Positions 8,919 through 18,802 of a stretch of DNA of 64,000 bases are shown in pieces. A model generated the notes under the pieces. The model worked only from the letters and a program-made list of their open reading frames with translations, made no database searches and was not told the origin of the DNA. Origin of the DNA: Candidatus Nomurabacteria bacterium. Lineage in GTDB: Bacteria; Patescibacteriota; Minisyncoccia; Phycocordibacterales; UBA9973. The first letter of the stretch is position 1; every line of letters begins with the position of its first letter. The translations under genes and the position numbers were made by a program. The stretch covers positions 1,433-65,432 of the forward strand of contig CALRFQ010000002.1 of assembly GCA_943356675.1 (NCBI GenBank), written 5' to 3'.

Positions 8919-10196
8919 ATGCAAAAACAATGGTTTAAAAATTATGATGAATTAGCTACAAGTCCAAATCGTAAAATCGCTTTTGATATAGCAAACGCCG
9001 GATACAATGCCATTGATACAGAGCTCGTTGTCGCCAATCTTGTGCAGTTAGAGAATAATATTTTAACAATTGCTGATAAAAGCTTCGATTTAAATAATTT
9101 TAATAAAATAAAAGTAATAGGTTTCGGTAAAGCTTCCACTCTTGCTGCACTAGCACTCGAGAAAGTACTTGAGAATAGAATAAGTGAAGGTGCAGTCATC
9201 GGTCTACACAAGACACCTTGCAATTACATCGAGACTTTCGCCGGTACTCATCCGAAGCCGACTAGTGTAAATATCTTGCCAGGTCAGAAAATATTTGATA
9301 TTGCTGATAAGTCCGACGAGAACGATCTAATAATCGTAATAGTGTCTGGTGGTGGCTCTGCACTACTTTGTTATCCAGAAAGTGAATGTGATCAAAACAG
9401 CAGACTTTATGATGAATTTATAAAGTGCGGCAAAACTACAATAGAGATGAATACAGTACGAAAGCACCTGTCACTACTTAAGGGTGGAGGCTTGGCAAAG
9501 GTGGCATACCCAGCGACTGTTATTGGTTTGATATTCTCTGATGTACCTGGAGACAACTTCGAAGATGTGGCATCAGGTCCTACATATAAGGATATGTCTA
9601 CAGTAGACGATGTGAAAATGATTATAAAGAGTGACAACCTAGATGATTTTGATTTGATAGAAACAACGAAAGATGATAAGTATTTTGAAAAAGTTTTCAA
9701 CTTCGTACTAGTTTCCAATAAAACTGCAGTTGAGGCTATGCAAAAAAAGTCAGAAGAGTTAGGTTTGCGTGCGAAAATTATTTCTACGGAATTGTACAAC
9801 GAGACTCATCTAGCATTAAAAGAAATATTTGATGCGCAGAAAGATTTCGCGGGTGAAGTTATTCTCGCTGCAGGCGAGCCAGATCTTAAAGTGACAAAGA
9901 AAGGCGGTAGTGGCGGGCGCAACCTTTATATGGGTGCGCTTGCTGTGAAGATGGGAGTTATAGATGATAATTCTATTTTCTTACCTTTAGCATCTGATGG
10001 TATGGATAATTCTGATGCTGCAGGTGCGGTAGTAGATAGATCTACTATAGATAAAATAGTGGAATCAGGAATCGACCTCGATGAATATCTTGCGAACTTT
10101 GATGCATATCCTATCTTTAACAATACTAGTGAAATGATTATAACTGGTCCTACTGGCGCCAATGTTTCTGATTTAATGATTTTATTTAAAAAGTAA
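8919..10196 (+). CDS. glycerate 2-kinase, MOFRL family
   Basis: Motifs IVIVSGGGSALL, LLKGGGLAK, AGEPDLKVTKKGGSGGRNLYMGALAV and ASDGMDNSDAAGAVVD are characteristic of MOFRL glycerate kinases. Confidence 0.6.
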   Translation: MQKQWFKNYDELATSPNRKIAFDIANAGYNAIDTELVVANLVQLENNILTIADKSFDLNNFNKIKVIGFGKASTLAALALEKVLENRISEGAVIGLHKTPCNYIETFAGTHPKPTSVNILPGQKIFDIADKSDENDLIIVIVSGGGSALLCYPESECDQNSRLYDEFIKCGKTTIEMNTVRKHLSLLKGGGLAKVAYPATVIGLIFSDVPGDNFEDVASGPTYKDMSTVDDVKMIIKSDNLDDFDLIETTKDDKYFEKVFNFVLVSNKTAVEAMQKKSEELGLRAKIISTELYNETHLALKEIFDAQKDFAGEVILAAGEPDLKVTKKGGSGGRNLYMGALAVKMGVIDDNSIFLPLASDGMDNSDAAGAVVDRSTIDKIVESGIDLDEYLANFDAYPIFNNTSEMIITGPTGANVSDLMILFKK

Positions 10197-10197
10197 A

Positions 10198-11418
10198 ATG
10201 GAAAACATAATCACAAAAGTATTTGCAGAAGAAATAAAGGACTCAAGAGGAAATCCTACACTTAAGGTTACCGTTTACTGTGGCGACACGGATGCTAGCT
10301 TTTCTGTGCCGTCTGGCGCGAGTACTGGTATGCACGAAGCACACGAGCTTCGTGACGAAGATGGTAAAGGTGTAGAGAATGCCATCATGAAAATTAATGA
10401 AGACATTTCAAATTTACTTGTAGGTGAGAGTGTACTTGATCAAAATAATATAGATCATAAAATGATAAATTTTGATGGTACACCAAACAAGGTTAATTTA
10501 GGTGGAAATTCTATGATAGGAGTGAGTATCGCTTGCGCGAAAGTTGCTGCCAAGATTTCAGATTTGGAACTATATGAATATTTGCGTACTATTGCCGAGA
10601 TTAAGCCTTCAAGAAAGGTGCCACACTTATATATGAATCTTATAAATGGTGGTAAGCACGCAAAGAACAATCTGGCTTTTCAGGAGTATCATATTGTCAC
10701 TGACACAGATAATATAAAAGATGCTGTAGAGATAGGAATAAATATTCAGAAAACTTTAAACGAGATTATTGAAGAAGATTTAGGTGATGATTCCTTAACT
10801 CTTGGTGATGAAGGTGGTTATGCGCCACAAATATCAGATATAAGGCAGCCCTTAATGTATCTACAAGAATCTATAATTAGGAACAATCTGGAAGGTAAAG
10901 TGAGATTAGCTCTAGATGTGGCATCTTCATCCTTTTATAAGGATGGTAAGTATGAAGTTGATGGACAGCTAATTTCCAAGGAGGACTTGATGAATATTTA
11001 CGATTCACTTATATTGGAATTTAACTTACTTTCAATAGAGGATCCTTTTGATGAAGAAGATTTTGAAAGCTTTAGAAATCTTAAAAATGCTCATACAGAA
11101 ATTATCGTAATGGGGGACGATCTAACTGTTACAAATAAGACTTTACTTACTAAAGCCATAGAGAACAATTCCATAAATGCGATGATAATAAAGCCAAATC
11201 AAATTGGCACACTCACTGAGACACTCGATACAATGAAGCTAGCGAGAGAAAATAACATTGAGCTTATAGTAAGTCATAGAAGCGGGGAGACAGATGATGA
11301 TTTCATTGCAGATTTGTGTTATGCATTTTCTTGCTTTGGGCTCAAATCTGGCTCACCCATTAAATCTGAAAGAATGGTAAAATACGAAAGACTTATTAAA
11401 ATATCAGAAATTATATGA
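10198..11418 (+). CDS. eno: enolase (phosphopyruvate hydratase)
   Basis: [15 protein letters not shown], catalytic region [11 protein letters not shown], and SHRSGETDD. Confidence 0.85.
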   Translation: MENIITKVFAEEIKDSRGNPTLKVTVYCGDTDASFSVPSGASTGMHEAHELRDEDGKGVENAIMKINEDISNLLVGESVLDQNNIDHKMINFDGTPNKVNLGGNSMIGVSIACAKVAAKISDLELYEYLRTIAEIKPSRKVPHLYMNLINGGKHAKNNLAFQEYHIVTDTDNIKDAVEIGINIQKTLNEIIEEDLGDDSLTLGDEGGYAPQISDIRQPLMYLQESIIRNNLEGKVRLALDVASSSFYKDGKYEVDGQLISKEDLMNIYDSLILEFNLLSIEDPFDEEDFESFRNLKNAHTEIIVMGDDLTVTNKTLLTKAIENNSINAMIIKPNQIGTLTETLDTMKLARENNIELIVSHRSGETDDDFIADLCYAFSCFGLKSGSPIKSERMVKYERLIKISEII

Positions 11419-12215
11419 ATTCAAAAGCACAAATAGTAGCGACAATAGGACCTGCCACAAAAGATAAAGAAATTTTAAAAGAAATGATTCTTCATGGTAT
11501 GGATGTGGCCCGGCTCAATTTCTCTTGGGGCACTTATGAAGAACATTCAAATTATATTAAAAATATTAAGGAGGTGTCGTTGGAATGCGGCAAAAATATT
11601 CCAATAATCCAGGATTTGTCAGGACCTCGAATTCAAGAAACGAATGGCCATGAATTCAACAATGAAGTAAGTCAAATTCTTACCGAAAAAGATTTAAATG
11701 ATTTGAAATTCGGAATCGAAAGTGGTGTGGATTATATAGCTATGTCATTCGTAGGTAGTGCTAGTGATGTGGTGCTCCTTAAGGATACAATGAATACGAT
11801 TGGGAAAGTTTTGCCAATTATTTCAAAAATTGAAAGAAAAATTGCTTTGAAAAATTTGGATGAAATCATAGCAGTAAGCGATGGAGTAATGATTGCTCGT
11901 GGAGACTTAGGGCATGAAGTTCCTATCGAAGAGATTCCATTTATTGAGAAGGATATTATTTCTAAATGTAAAGTTGCCAAGAAGCCAGTCATCGTAGCTA
12001 CTGAAATGATGCTCTCAATGGTGAAGAAATCTACACCTACGCGCGCTGAGATTACAGATATAGCATATGCAATTATAAACGGGGCAGATGCTGTCATGCT
12101 TTCGGAAGAGAGTGCACAGGGCGAGTACCCACTCGAAGCTGTGAAGATAATGGAGCTAGCTATAATAGAGGCTGAGAAGCACTTACCAAATTTCGATATT
12201 GTTAACTCATTGTAA
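11415..12215 (+). CDS. pyk: minimal pyruvate kinase (A-domain only; B-lid and C-terminal domains absent)
   Basis: IVATIGPA...[14 protein letters not shown] (the TKGPEIR equivalent), [21 protein letters not shown] and [12 protein letters not shown] are all present. The protein is only 266 aa, with the B-domain region reduced to about 15 residues and no C-terminal domain. Confidence 0.7.
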   Translation: MNSKAQIVATIGPATKDKEILKEMILHGMDVARLNFSWGTYEEHSNYIKNIKEVSLECGKNIPIIQDLSGPRIQETNGHEFNNEVSQILTEKDLNDLKFGIESGVDYIAMSFVGSASDVVLLKDTMNTIGKVLPIISKIERKIALKNLDEIIAVSDGVMIARGDLGHEVPIEEIPFIEKDIISKCKVAKKPVIVATEMMLSMVKKSTPTRAEITDIAYAIINGADAVMLSEESAQGEYPLEAVKIMELAIIEAEKHLPNFDIVNSL

Positions 12216-12218
12216 TTT

Positions 12219-13286
12219 ATGCTCCAAGTACCATTTTATGACCCAGAGAAGAGTTATGAAGAAAATCTTAGCGATGGTCCGTTTGGAGCTTTTGCAGATG
12301 GAGAAATTTTAGATCAAAAAGGAGAACCAAATTTTAATTTTTTCGGACACAAAGTGTACTCACCGTTTGGAATTCCTGCGGGCCCGCTTATAAATGGGAA
12401 TTTCGTGCAAGCTGCGCTCGATAAAGGATTTGATATTGTGACATACAAGACCGTCCGCACTGAGGCTCACGTGTGCCATCCTTGGCCGAACATCCTAGGT
12501 GTGAAGATTGATGGCGACCTTACACTTGAGAAAGCAAAAGAGAATTTAATAGGTATTACAAAATATGAAGAGCCACTTTCAATAACCAATTCATTTGGCG
12601 TGCCTTCACTTAGTCCAGAAATTTGGAAAGAAGATATAAAAAATTTAATTAAGAATAAAAGAGAAGGTCAAGTGATCGTGGGAGCATTCCAAGGAACGAA
12701 AAAAGGTGATGGGGATGTTGATTCTTATATCAATGACTTCTGCAATGCTGCTAGAATGCTAAAGGAAGTGGGAGTGGAAATAATGGAGGTGAATCTGAGC
12801 TGCCCGAACGAAGGCACAGATAATTTGCTTTGCTATGATGTGGAGCGAAGTGTGAAAGTAGCGGAGGCGATAAAAAATGAAATTGGAGAAATCCCGCTAA
12901 TAATTAAAATTGCATACTATAAGGACGAGGAAATGTTTAAAAATTTTGTGAAAGAAATAGGTAGTATTGTGGATGGAATTTCTGCTATCAATACCATCGC
13001 TGCACCGATAGTAAATGAGAATGGAGAGCAAGCGCTACCAGGCGAAGGCAGAATGAAGAGTGGTGTGTGTGGGCACTCTATAAAATGGGCAGGGATAGAA
13101 ATGGTGAAAAGATTAAAGAGCCTTCGGGAAGAATTTGGATATAAATACACTATTGTGGGTGTTGGTGGGGTTACAGCACCAGAAGATTTCTTCGATTACA
13201 GAAATGCTGGTGCAGACATAGTAATGAGCGCCACTGGCGCAATGTGGAACCCGTATTTGGCGAAGGAAATTAAAGAACTACTCTAA
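12219..13286 (+). CDS. dihydroorotate dehydrogenase-like flavoenzyme (class 1 DHOD/DHPD family)
   Basis: VNLSCPN active-site motif, GIPAGP N-terminal motif and C-terminal GGVTAPEDFFDYRNAGADIV FMN-binding region. Confidence 0.6.
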   Translation: MLQVPFYDPEKSYEENLSDGPFGAFADGEILDQKGEPNFNFFGHKVYSPFGIPAGPLINGNFVQAALDKGFDIVTYKTVRTEAHVCHPWPNILGVKIDGDLTLEKAKENLIGITKYEEPLSITNSFGVPSLSPEIWKEDIKNLIKNKREGQVIVGAFQGTKKGDGDVDSYINDFCNAARMLKEVGVEIMEVNLSCPNEGTDNLLCYDVERSVKVAEAIKNEIGEIPLIIKIAYYKDEEMFKNFVKEIGSIVDGISAINTIAAPIVNENGEQALPGEGRMKSGVCGHSIKWAGIEMVKRLKSLREEFGYKYTIVGVGGVTAPEDFFDYRNAGADIVMSATGAMWNPYLAKEIKELL

Positions 13287-13390
13287 TAATAATATTGTAT
13301 TACAACACATTTTATCAAAAATGTGCTTTTTTGACATAGCCTGATTAATGTTATAAACTTACAAAAAATCTCACTTTAACAAATATTAAT

Positions 13391-14719
13391 ATGACTGACA
13401 CAAATGAAGTAACTAGAAAATTGTTCGTACTAGATACGAATGTAATTTTGCATGACTCTCAATGCATTTACAAATTCAATGAACATGATATTGTGATTCC
13501 AATCCAATGTATTGAAGAACTTGATACATTTAAAAAAGGATTGGAAACTATAAATTTCCATGCGCGTGATTTTTGTAGAATTCTTGATGAGTTGTCTTCT
13601 GACCACATTTTTAATGGTGGTATTAGTCTTGGTAATGGATTGGGTAATTTGAGAATTGCCTTGGCCAAGAACTGGGATGAAAAAGTTAAAAGTAATTTAC
13701 GTAATCAGACTGTAGATGCGGAAATCATTAACTTAGCTTATTTGCTTAAAATTGAACATCCTGATACTCAGGTTGTTATTGTTTCCAAAGATGTAAACCT
13801 AAGAATGAAAGCAAAAGCATTAGGTGTACTTGCACAGGATTTTCTTTATGAGACAGTAATTAATACTGATATTCTCACTAGGAAAGTTGAAATCATTGAG
13901 GATGTGGAGCCTGAAACCATAAATTCATTGTACTCAAATAAAAACAAAAAGGTTGAGTACCTAATACCTAACGCAATGCCGAATCAGAATTACATTTTGA
14001 TGGGTGCAAATAAAACTGCTATGGTGGTCTACAAGGATAATTCAGTGAGAGTGATTTCTAAGGATAAGCAAAATGCATTCTCTGTTCACGCAAAAAATTC
14101 TGAGCAAGCTTTTGGTATTGACGCATTGTTTGATCCTGAAATCAGCTTAGTGACCATAGAAGGTAAGGCCGGAACTGGAAAAACTATTGTTTCTATTGCT
14201 TCTGCTTTACAGCAGTTGTATGAAAATACATACGATAAGATATTCTTTTCTAGGCAGACAATATCCGTAGGTAATCGTGAAATAGGATTTTTACCAGGCG
14301 ACGCGAAAGATAAAATTTCACCTTTTATGAACGGTATGTATGACAATCTCGACTATATTAAATCACTAAGCAAAAATAATGATGAGAGGATTAAATCTTA
14401 TGTTGAAAACGAGAAGCTATTGATTGAGCCACTAGCATTTATTAGAGGCCGAAGTTTGAATAAGGTATTCTTTATTTTGGATGAGGCTCAAAATCTTACC
14501 CCACATGAAGTGAAAACAATTGTGACTCGTGCCGGTGAAGGTACTAAGATTGTTCTCATTGGTGATACAAGGCAAATTGATCACCCATATCTTGACCAAA
14601 GATCAAATGGCTTTAGTTATTTGATACAAAAGTTTCAAGGTCAATACTGTTACAGTCATATTCATCTTATTAAAAGTGAAAGATCTCCATTGGCCGGATT
14701 GGCTGGTGAATTGCTTTAA
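13391..14719 (+). CDS. PIN-domain / PhoH-like ATPase (YlaK/PhoH2 family)
   Basis: N-terminal PIN (LFVLDTNVILHD) followed by a PhoH-like P-loop (EGKAGTGKT) and a DEAQ-type Walker B motif. Confidence 0.8.
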   Translation: MTDTNEVTRKLFVLDTNVILHDSQCIYKFNEHDIVIPIQCIEELDTFKKGLETINFHARDFCRILDELSSDHIFNGGISLGNGLGNLRIALAKNWDEKVKSNLRNQTVDAEIINLAYLLKIEHPDTQVVIVSKDVNLRMKAKALGVLAQDFLYETVINTDILTRKVEIIEDVEPETINSLYSNKNKKVEYLIPNAMPNQNYILMGANKTAMVVYKDNSVRVISKDKQNAFSVHAKNSEQAFGIDALFDPEISLVTIEGKAGTGKTIVSIASALQQLYENTYDKIFFSRQTISVGNREIGFLPGDAKDKISPFMNGMYDNLDYIKSLSKNNDERIKSYVENEKLLIEPLAFIRGRSLNKVFFILDEAQNLTPHEVKTIVTRAGEGTKIVLIGDTRQIDHPYLDQRSNGFSYLIQKFQGQYCYSHIHLIKSERSPLAGLAGELL

Positions 14720-14737
14720 TTAGCAACAAGTTTATAA

Positions 14738-14772
14738 AAAGCCCTTCTGTTACTCAGGAGGGCTTTTTTTTG
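14738..14772 (+). terminator. rho-independent terminator
   Basis: agcccttct...aggagggct hairpin followed by a T8 run after the PhoH-like gene. Confidence 0.6.
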
Positions 14773-14822
14773 ATATTATTTATGTTTTGTGGTAAATTGA
14801 AGAAAAAATAAATACCACTGCC

Positions 14823-15278
14823 ATGGAAACTAAAATTACCATCGTAAATCAAGGAAAAAAGAAGCTCTTTCTTTTTGGAGAGCAAGAATTTTTTGAATCA
14901 ATCGATATTGAGGATTTTGTCCCTCATGGGGCGGAAGACTTAATTTTAACTTTTTGTATTATTAGAGGTGAAATTATAATCGATAAAGGAAGTTTTGTGA
15001 CCAATTATCTTGGTCATCGGTACTTCAACTCAGAGAATATTTTTGCTTCAGCCTGGGGTGATGTTGCCGGTGATACAGTCAATTGCTCGCTCTGCTTTCA
15101 ACCAAGAATGTTTGAAGTAGGAGACACTATTGTCTTTAAGCACAACACTTCTTTTCATGAATTACTGAACTGTAATAATATGAAAGTTTTCGATGAGTAC
15201 ACATATAATGTTTTGCATTCTAATGCATACCATTTGAGAAGATCTATGCTATTACGGCGCAGAAAGGGTACAATGTAA
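14823..15278 (+). CDS. hypothetical protein (151 aa)
   Basis: ORF with its own terminator. No recognisable motifs. Confidence 0.4.
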   Translation: METKITIVNQGKKKLFLFGEQEFFESIDIEDFVPHGAEDLILTFCIIRGEIIIDKGSFVTNYLGHRYFNSENIFASAWGDVAGDTVNCSLCFQPRMFEVGDTIVFKHNTSFHELLNCNNMKVFDEYTYNVLHSNAYHLRRSMLLRRRKGTM

Positions 15279-15295
15279 TCCAACTAAAACAAAAC

Positions 15296-15325
15296 AGCCA
15301 GCTTCTATCGAAGCTGGTATTTTTG
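15296..15325 (+). terminator. rho-independent terminator
   Basis: ccagcttc-tatc-gaagctgg hairpin followed by TATTTTT. Confidence 0.6.
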
Positions 15326-15382
15326 TATGTTGCTCAAACAACCTTTTTGTGTTATTTTATATATGCATTTAATGATGTGTAT

Positions 15383-15455
15383 GGCCCTATCGTCTAACGG
15401 TTAGGACATCGCCTTCTCAAGGCGGTAATCAGGGTTCGATTCCCTGTAGGGTCAC
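15383..15455 (+). tRNA. tRNA-Glu (anticodon CUC)
   Basis: Hand-folded cloverleaf: acceptor GGCCCTA/TAGGGTC, D-arm GTCT/GGAC, anticodon stem TCGCC/GGCGG with loop TTCTCAA, T-arm CAGGG-TTCGATT-CCCTG, and discriminator A. No CCA is encoded. Confidence 0.85.
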
Positions 15456-15645
15456 AAATTTTTGCGGAGCACAAAATTTGTGATTTTTAAGCATAATCGG
15501 AATTATGTTTAAAAAGAATCGAAAGCCGGAGTGCGACGGCACGAGGCGGGGTCGCGAGCTTTTCTACGAAGAAAAGACTTGTGACCGAAAGCGTACTCGC
15601 GGTTCCCACAATCAGAAAAGTACCCGCGGCCGTAGGGCGAGATAC

Positions 15646-15670
15646 TCCCTGTAGGGTCACAAATTTTTGC
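15646..15670 (+). repeat. exact 25-bp direct repeat of the tRNA-Glu 3' end (tccctgtagggtcacaaatttttgc), about 190 bp downstream of the tRNA
   Basis: The same 25-mer occurs at 15441-15465 (inside and just after the tRNA) and at 15646-15670. The intervening 15471-15645 is conspicuously GC-rich. Confidence 0.7.
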
Positions 15671-15726
15671 ATTTGACTCCTTAAGATATCCTTGGTAGCA
15701 TTTAAGTAAATTAATAATTTCTATTG

Positions 15727-15897
15727 TATGGGTGATACTGAATTCGACAGTCACGCCTTGGATAGGGTGCCTACTGTCAACACTCCAAATGATGCAACCG
15801 ATGATGAAGATGAATTAGATGATTTACCGGTAAATCAAATTAGAGAAGAAGATGTGCCTCATAATGATATTACAAGGCACGATGATGATGACGATTA
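15727..15897 (+). CDS. small acidic hypothetical protein (56 aa, D/E-rich)
   Basis: Short ORF (MGDTEFDSHALDRVPTVNTP...HDDDDD) below the ORF-track cutoff, followed by inverted repeats. Weak call. Confidence 0.2.
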
Positions 15898-16023
15898 GGA
15901 GTAGTATAAAGACTACTCGTACTACATTAAATTTCCTGGGATTTACACTCCCGGGAATATTTATTTTAGGTGATTTTAATAAAAGTGCTATAATTATTTT
16001 ACTTATAAATTAATCCAAATTAT

Positions 16024-17076
16024 ATGGCCACAATAAAAGAAAAGGGTAAGGGGAGAAACAATGATCATAAGATACATTCGAAAGGTCGCGTGAATCAGCA
16101 TCCTATAGCAATGTTTGCCTACGGAGAGGACAATGATTTTGCAGAAGCTATAGCCAAGAATTTGAAGATAAATATTACTCCTCGTTCGTTTAAAAGATTT
16201 CCTTGTGGGGAAGTGCTTTCTCATCAAGCCGAGACTGTGCGTGATACAGATGTGTTCATAGTGTGCCAGCCTCGCATGGGTGAGAAGCTGATGAATGATC
16301 TCTTTGCTTGCGGACTTTTCGTAAATGCTGTGCGCCAAGGTTCACCATACAGAATCACAGTGATGATGCCATACCTTCCATTCTCTCGGCAAGATAAATC
16401 CACGAATCATCGTGAGCCTATCCTTGCGCGCTTTGTGCCTGAGCAGCTCCGTGCTGCAGGAGCTGATGCTGTAGTAGTATTCAAGCTTCACAATCCTGCA
16501 AGTATTTCCACATTCCCAGGAATTCATATGGACAATGTGGACACAAATGACATTGTCTTAAATTATATTCGTACGAATCCTAAAACTTTTATTTTGAAGA
16601 AATCACAAATCGGTGCGCCAGACCTTGGCTCCACAAAGTCTTGCAAGAAGTATGCAGACCAGCTTGGCATCGGCCTCGTAATCATAAATAAGTCTCGCGA
16701 CCACAAAGCTATCAGCGTTTCAAACACACTCGACGTGCATGGAGACCTTGCGGGTAGCGACATAATCTTCATCGACGACATGGCAGACACTTGTGGTACT
16801 GCCAAGGGTGCAGCCATAGCTGCCAAAGAGCGCGGTGCACACAAGATCTTCTTCTTCGCTACACATCCTGTGCTTTCAGGTAATGCAATTGCAAATATAA
16901 ATGAAGCAGGCTTCGATGGAGTATTCTTCACAGACACTATTCCGCTTACAGATGAGCAAAAGAAGGGGATTAAGAATATAAAAATAATTTCTGTTAGCAA
17001 GCTCGCAGCTCAAGTGATAGACAACATTCACAATGGGCACTCAGTATCCGGTCTCTGGAACGGTGACAGATACTAA
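16024..17076 (+). CDS. prs: ribose-phosphate pyrophosphokinase (PRPP synthetase)
   Basis: FPCGEV...DVFIVCQ N-domain and PRPP-binding loop IFIDDMADTCGT. It has a roughly 30-aa N-terminal extension. Confidence 0.8.
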   Translation: MATIKEKGKGRNNDHKIHSKGRVNQHPIAMFAYGEDNDFAEAIAKNLKINITPRSFKRFPCGEVLSHQAETVRDTDVFIVCQPRMGEKLMNDLFACGLFVNAVRQGSPYRITVMMPYLPFSRQDKSTNHREPILARFVPEQLRAAGADAVVVFKLHNPASISTFPGIHMDNVDTNDIVLNYIRTNPKTFILKKSQIGAPDLGSTKSCKKYADQLGIGLVIINKSRDHKAISVSNTLDVHGDLAGSDIIFIDDMADTCGTAKGAAIAAKERGAHKIFFFATHPVLSGNAIANINEAGFDGVFFTDTIPLTDEQKKGIKNIKIISVSKLAAQVIDNIHNGHSVSGLWNGDRY

Positions 17077-17111
17077 TTGACAAATATTCCTAAAGTAGTA
17101 GAATCCAAAAT

Positions 17112-17600
17112 ATGAAAAGATATATTATAGCTACAAGTATATTCGTACTCGTTTTAGGGATTGGCTTATTTGGCACTCCTAAAATTTCAAATGCATCATG
17201 GAGTATTAATCTAGGGTTTGGCGTAGGAGGTGGATCTTATGGTGGCTCATACAGTAATTACAACAATCCTTACTCATATGGTTCATATGGAAATAGTTAT
17301 TATGATCCATATTCTTACGGCAGTAGTTACTATGGTGGATCTGGATATTATGGAAGTAATTCAAATTCATATTACGGAAATAATTATGGAACTAGTTATG
17401 GTAATTATGGTAACTCTTATGGTGGTTATACTAATTCAAATAATTACGGAAATAATTACGGCACAAATTATGGTAACTCATATGGCAATTACTCAAATGC
17501 AAATAATTACAATCCTTACGGAGCCTATTCAAACTATTACGGATATTCATGCAGCGGTTGCAATGGTTCATACTACGGGCATCCTACAACAAACTATTAA
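17112..17600 (+). CDS. secreted low-complexity Gly/Tyr/Ser/Asn-rich protein
   Basis: N-terminal signal-peptide-like segment (MKRYIIATSIFVLVLGIGLFGTPKISNASWS) followed by about 130 aa of GSYG/NYG/SYY repeats. The overlapping ORF 17230-17643 is a repeat-driven frame artefact. Confidence 0.6.
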   Translation: MKRYIIATSIFVLVLGIGLFGTPKISNASWSINLGFGVGGGSYGGSYSNYNNPYSYGSYGNSYYDPYSYGSSYYGGSGYYGSNSNSYYGNNYGTSYGNYGNSYGGYTNSNNYGNNYGTNYGNSYGNYSNANNYNPYGAYSNYYGYSCSGCNGSYYGHPTTNY

Positions 17601-17601
17601 T

Positions 17602-17634
17602 AAAAAATCCCCACAATATTGTGGGGATTTTATA
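17602..17634. terminator. bidirectional terminator
   Basis: aaaaaatccccacaat-att-gtggggatttt lies between convergent genes. Confidence 0.6.
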
Positions 17635-18678
17635 TTATTCTAATTCGTGAGGCTTCTCTATTGTAAATGTTTCAAGCCCTGCGGATTCTCCTGTGATGCG
17701 GAGCACGTCTTTATCGAGCTTTTTAAATTCCTTTCCTGAGGCAGTGTAGTGGTTCACTACAGTCGCAAGTGATGTGCCGAGCTTTGAGTGGTATTCTTCA
17801 TAGCTCTTTAGGTGCTTGCCGAGTTCTTCCACACGCTTGATTATGTCCTTTGCTGTGTCTTCGATGGCGAGCGCACGGAGACCTTGGAGCACAGTCTGTA
17901 GGTATGCGAGGAATGAAGTAGGCGAGACGATGATCACTTTGTATTTCGATGCTGCACGTTGAATCAGATTCTCATCATCTTCACTTATGGCACCGACTTT
18001 GTTTATGAGTAGGTCGTAGTATATAGCTTCGTGGGGGATGAACATGAAGGCGAAGTCCATAGTGCCTTCTTCTGGCTTTATGTATTTCGCAGTCTCAGTA
18101 ATTCTATTCTTCAAATCGCCGACGAAAACTTTCTCAAGTCTGTCTTTTTCTGTCTTATCAGTAGCTTCAATCATACGATTGTAATTTTCGAGAGAGAATT
18201 TGGAATCGATAGGAATCACTTTATCTTTCACGAAAACGGCTGCGTCCACTATGTCGCCATTTTTGAATGCATACTGCATTTGGTAGCTACCATTTGGCAT
18301 AATATTTTTTAAGAGCGTCTCAAGGTAGTACTCACCGAGAATTCCGCGCTGTTTTGGATTCTTCAGAATATCTTGCAAGCTTTGGAGCTGATCTGTGAAA
18401 GAAACTACTTGCTTGTTTGTCTCTTCAAGGCGAGTGATCTTTTCTGTGATGTCTGCCACAATTCTCGTCGTCTCTGTGGATTGGTATCGCATAGATTCAT
18501 TCATGCTCTTGTTAGTATCTGTGAGCTTGCTGTCCACAGTGCGTGCGAGTTCATTGATCTGCGTGAGTAGCATCTGTAGTGAACCATCATCTTTCTTTTC
18601 TTCCGGCTTCACTAGGAACATCTTCGCCGCAATTATGAGCACGATAACCCCAATAATGATTATAAGTATTGTTTCCAT
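17635..18678 (-). CDS. rmuC: DNA recombination protein RmuC
   Basis: N-terminal TM helix, long coiled coil and C-terminal RmuC nuclease-like domain (FAFMFIPHEAIYYDLL). Confidence 0.8.
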   Translation of the reverse strand: METILIIIIGVIVLIIAAKMFLVKPEEKKDDGSLQMLLTQINELARTVDSKLTDTNKSMNESMRYQSTETTRIVADITEKITRLEETNKQVVSFTDQLQSLQDILKNPKQRGILGEYYLETLLKNIMPNGSYQMQYAFKNGDIVDAAVFVKDKVIPIDSKFSLENYNRMIEATDKTEKDRLEKVFVGDLKNRITETAKYIKPEEGTMDFAFMFIPHEAIYYDLLINKVGAISEDDENLIQRAASKYKVIIVSPTSFLAYLQTVLQGLRALAIEDTAKDIIKRVEELGKHLKSYEEYHSKLGTSLATVVNHYTASGKEFKKLDKDVLRITGESAGLETFTIEKPHELE

Positions 18679-18802
18679 AGATATATTTTAGCATAAAAGT
18701 ATAAATCTTATTTGTTTATATATGTGAATACATAAGTATGTACTAATTGACTTTAAGTCATAATTATGATATAATATCAAAAAATTAACATATATTATAG
18801 TC

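Noticed and set aside
15456-15645. Interpreting the GC-rich block after tRNA-Glu as tmRNA, RNase P RNA, SRP RNA or 6S RNA
   Set aside because: No T-loop (GGTTCGANTCC) is associated with the second acceptor-like 3' end. There are no tmRNA resume-codon or tag context, RNase P P4, or SRP domain IV motifs I could recognise. The block is left as an unexplained structured insert.
17230-17643. 137-aa ORF overlapping the Gly/Tyr-rich gene in another frame (MDLMVAHTVITTIL...)
   Set aside because: It is a frame-shifted reading of the same simple-sequence-like DNA. The +1 frame (17112-17600) has a signal peptide, a proper terminator and a coherent repeat structure.
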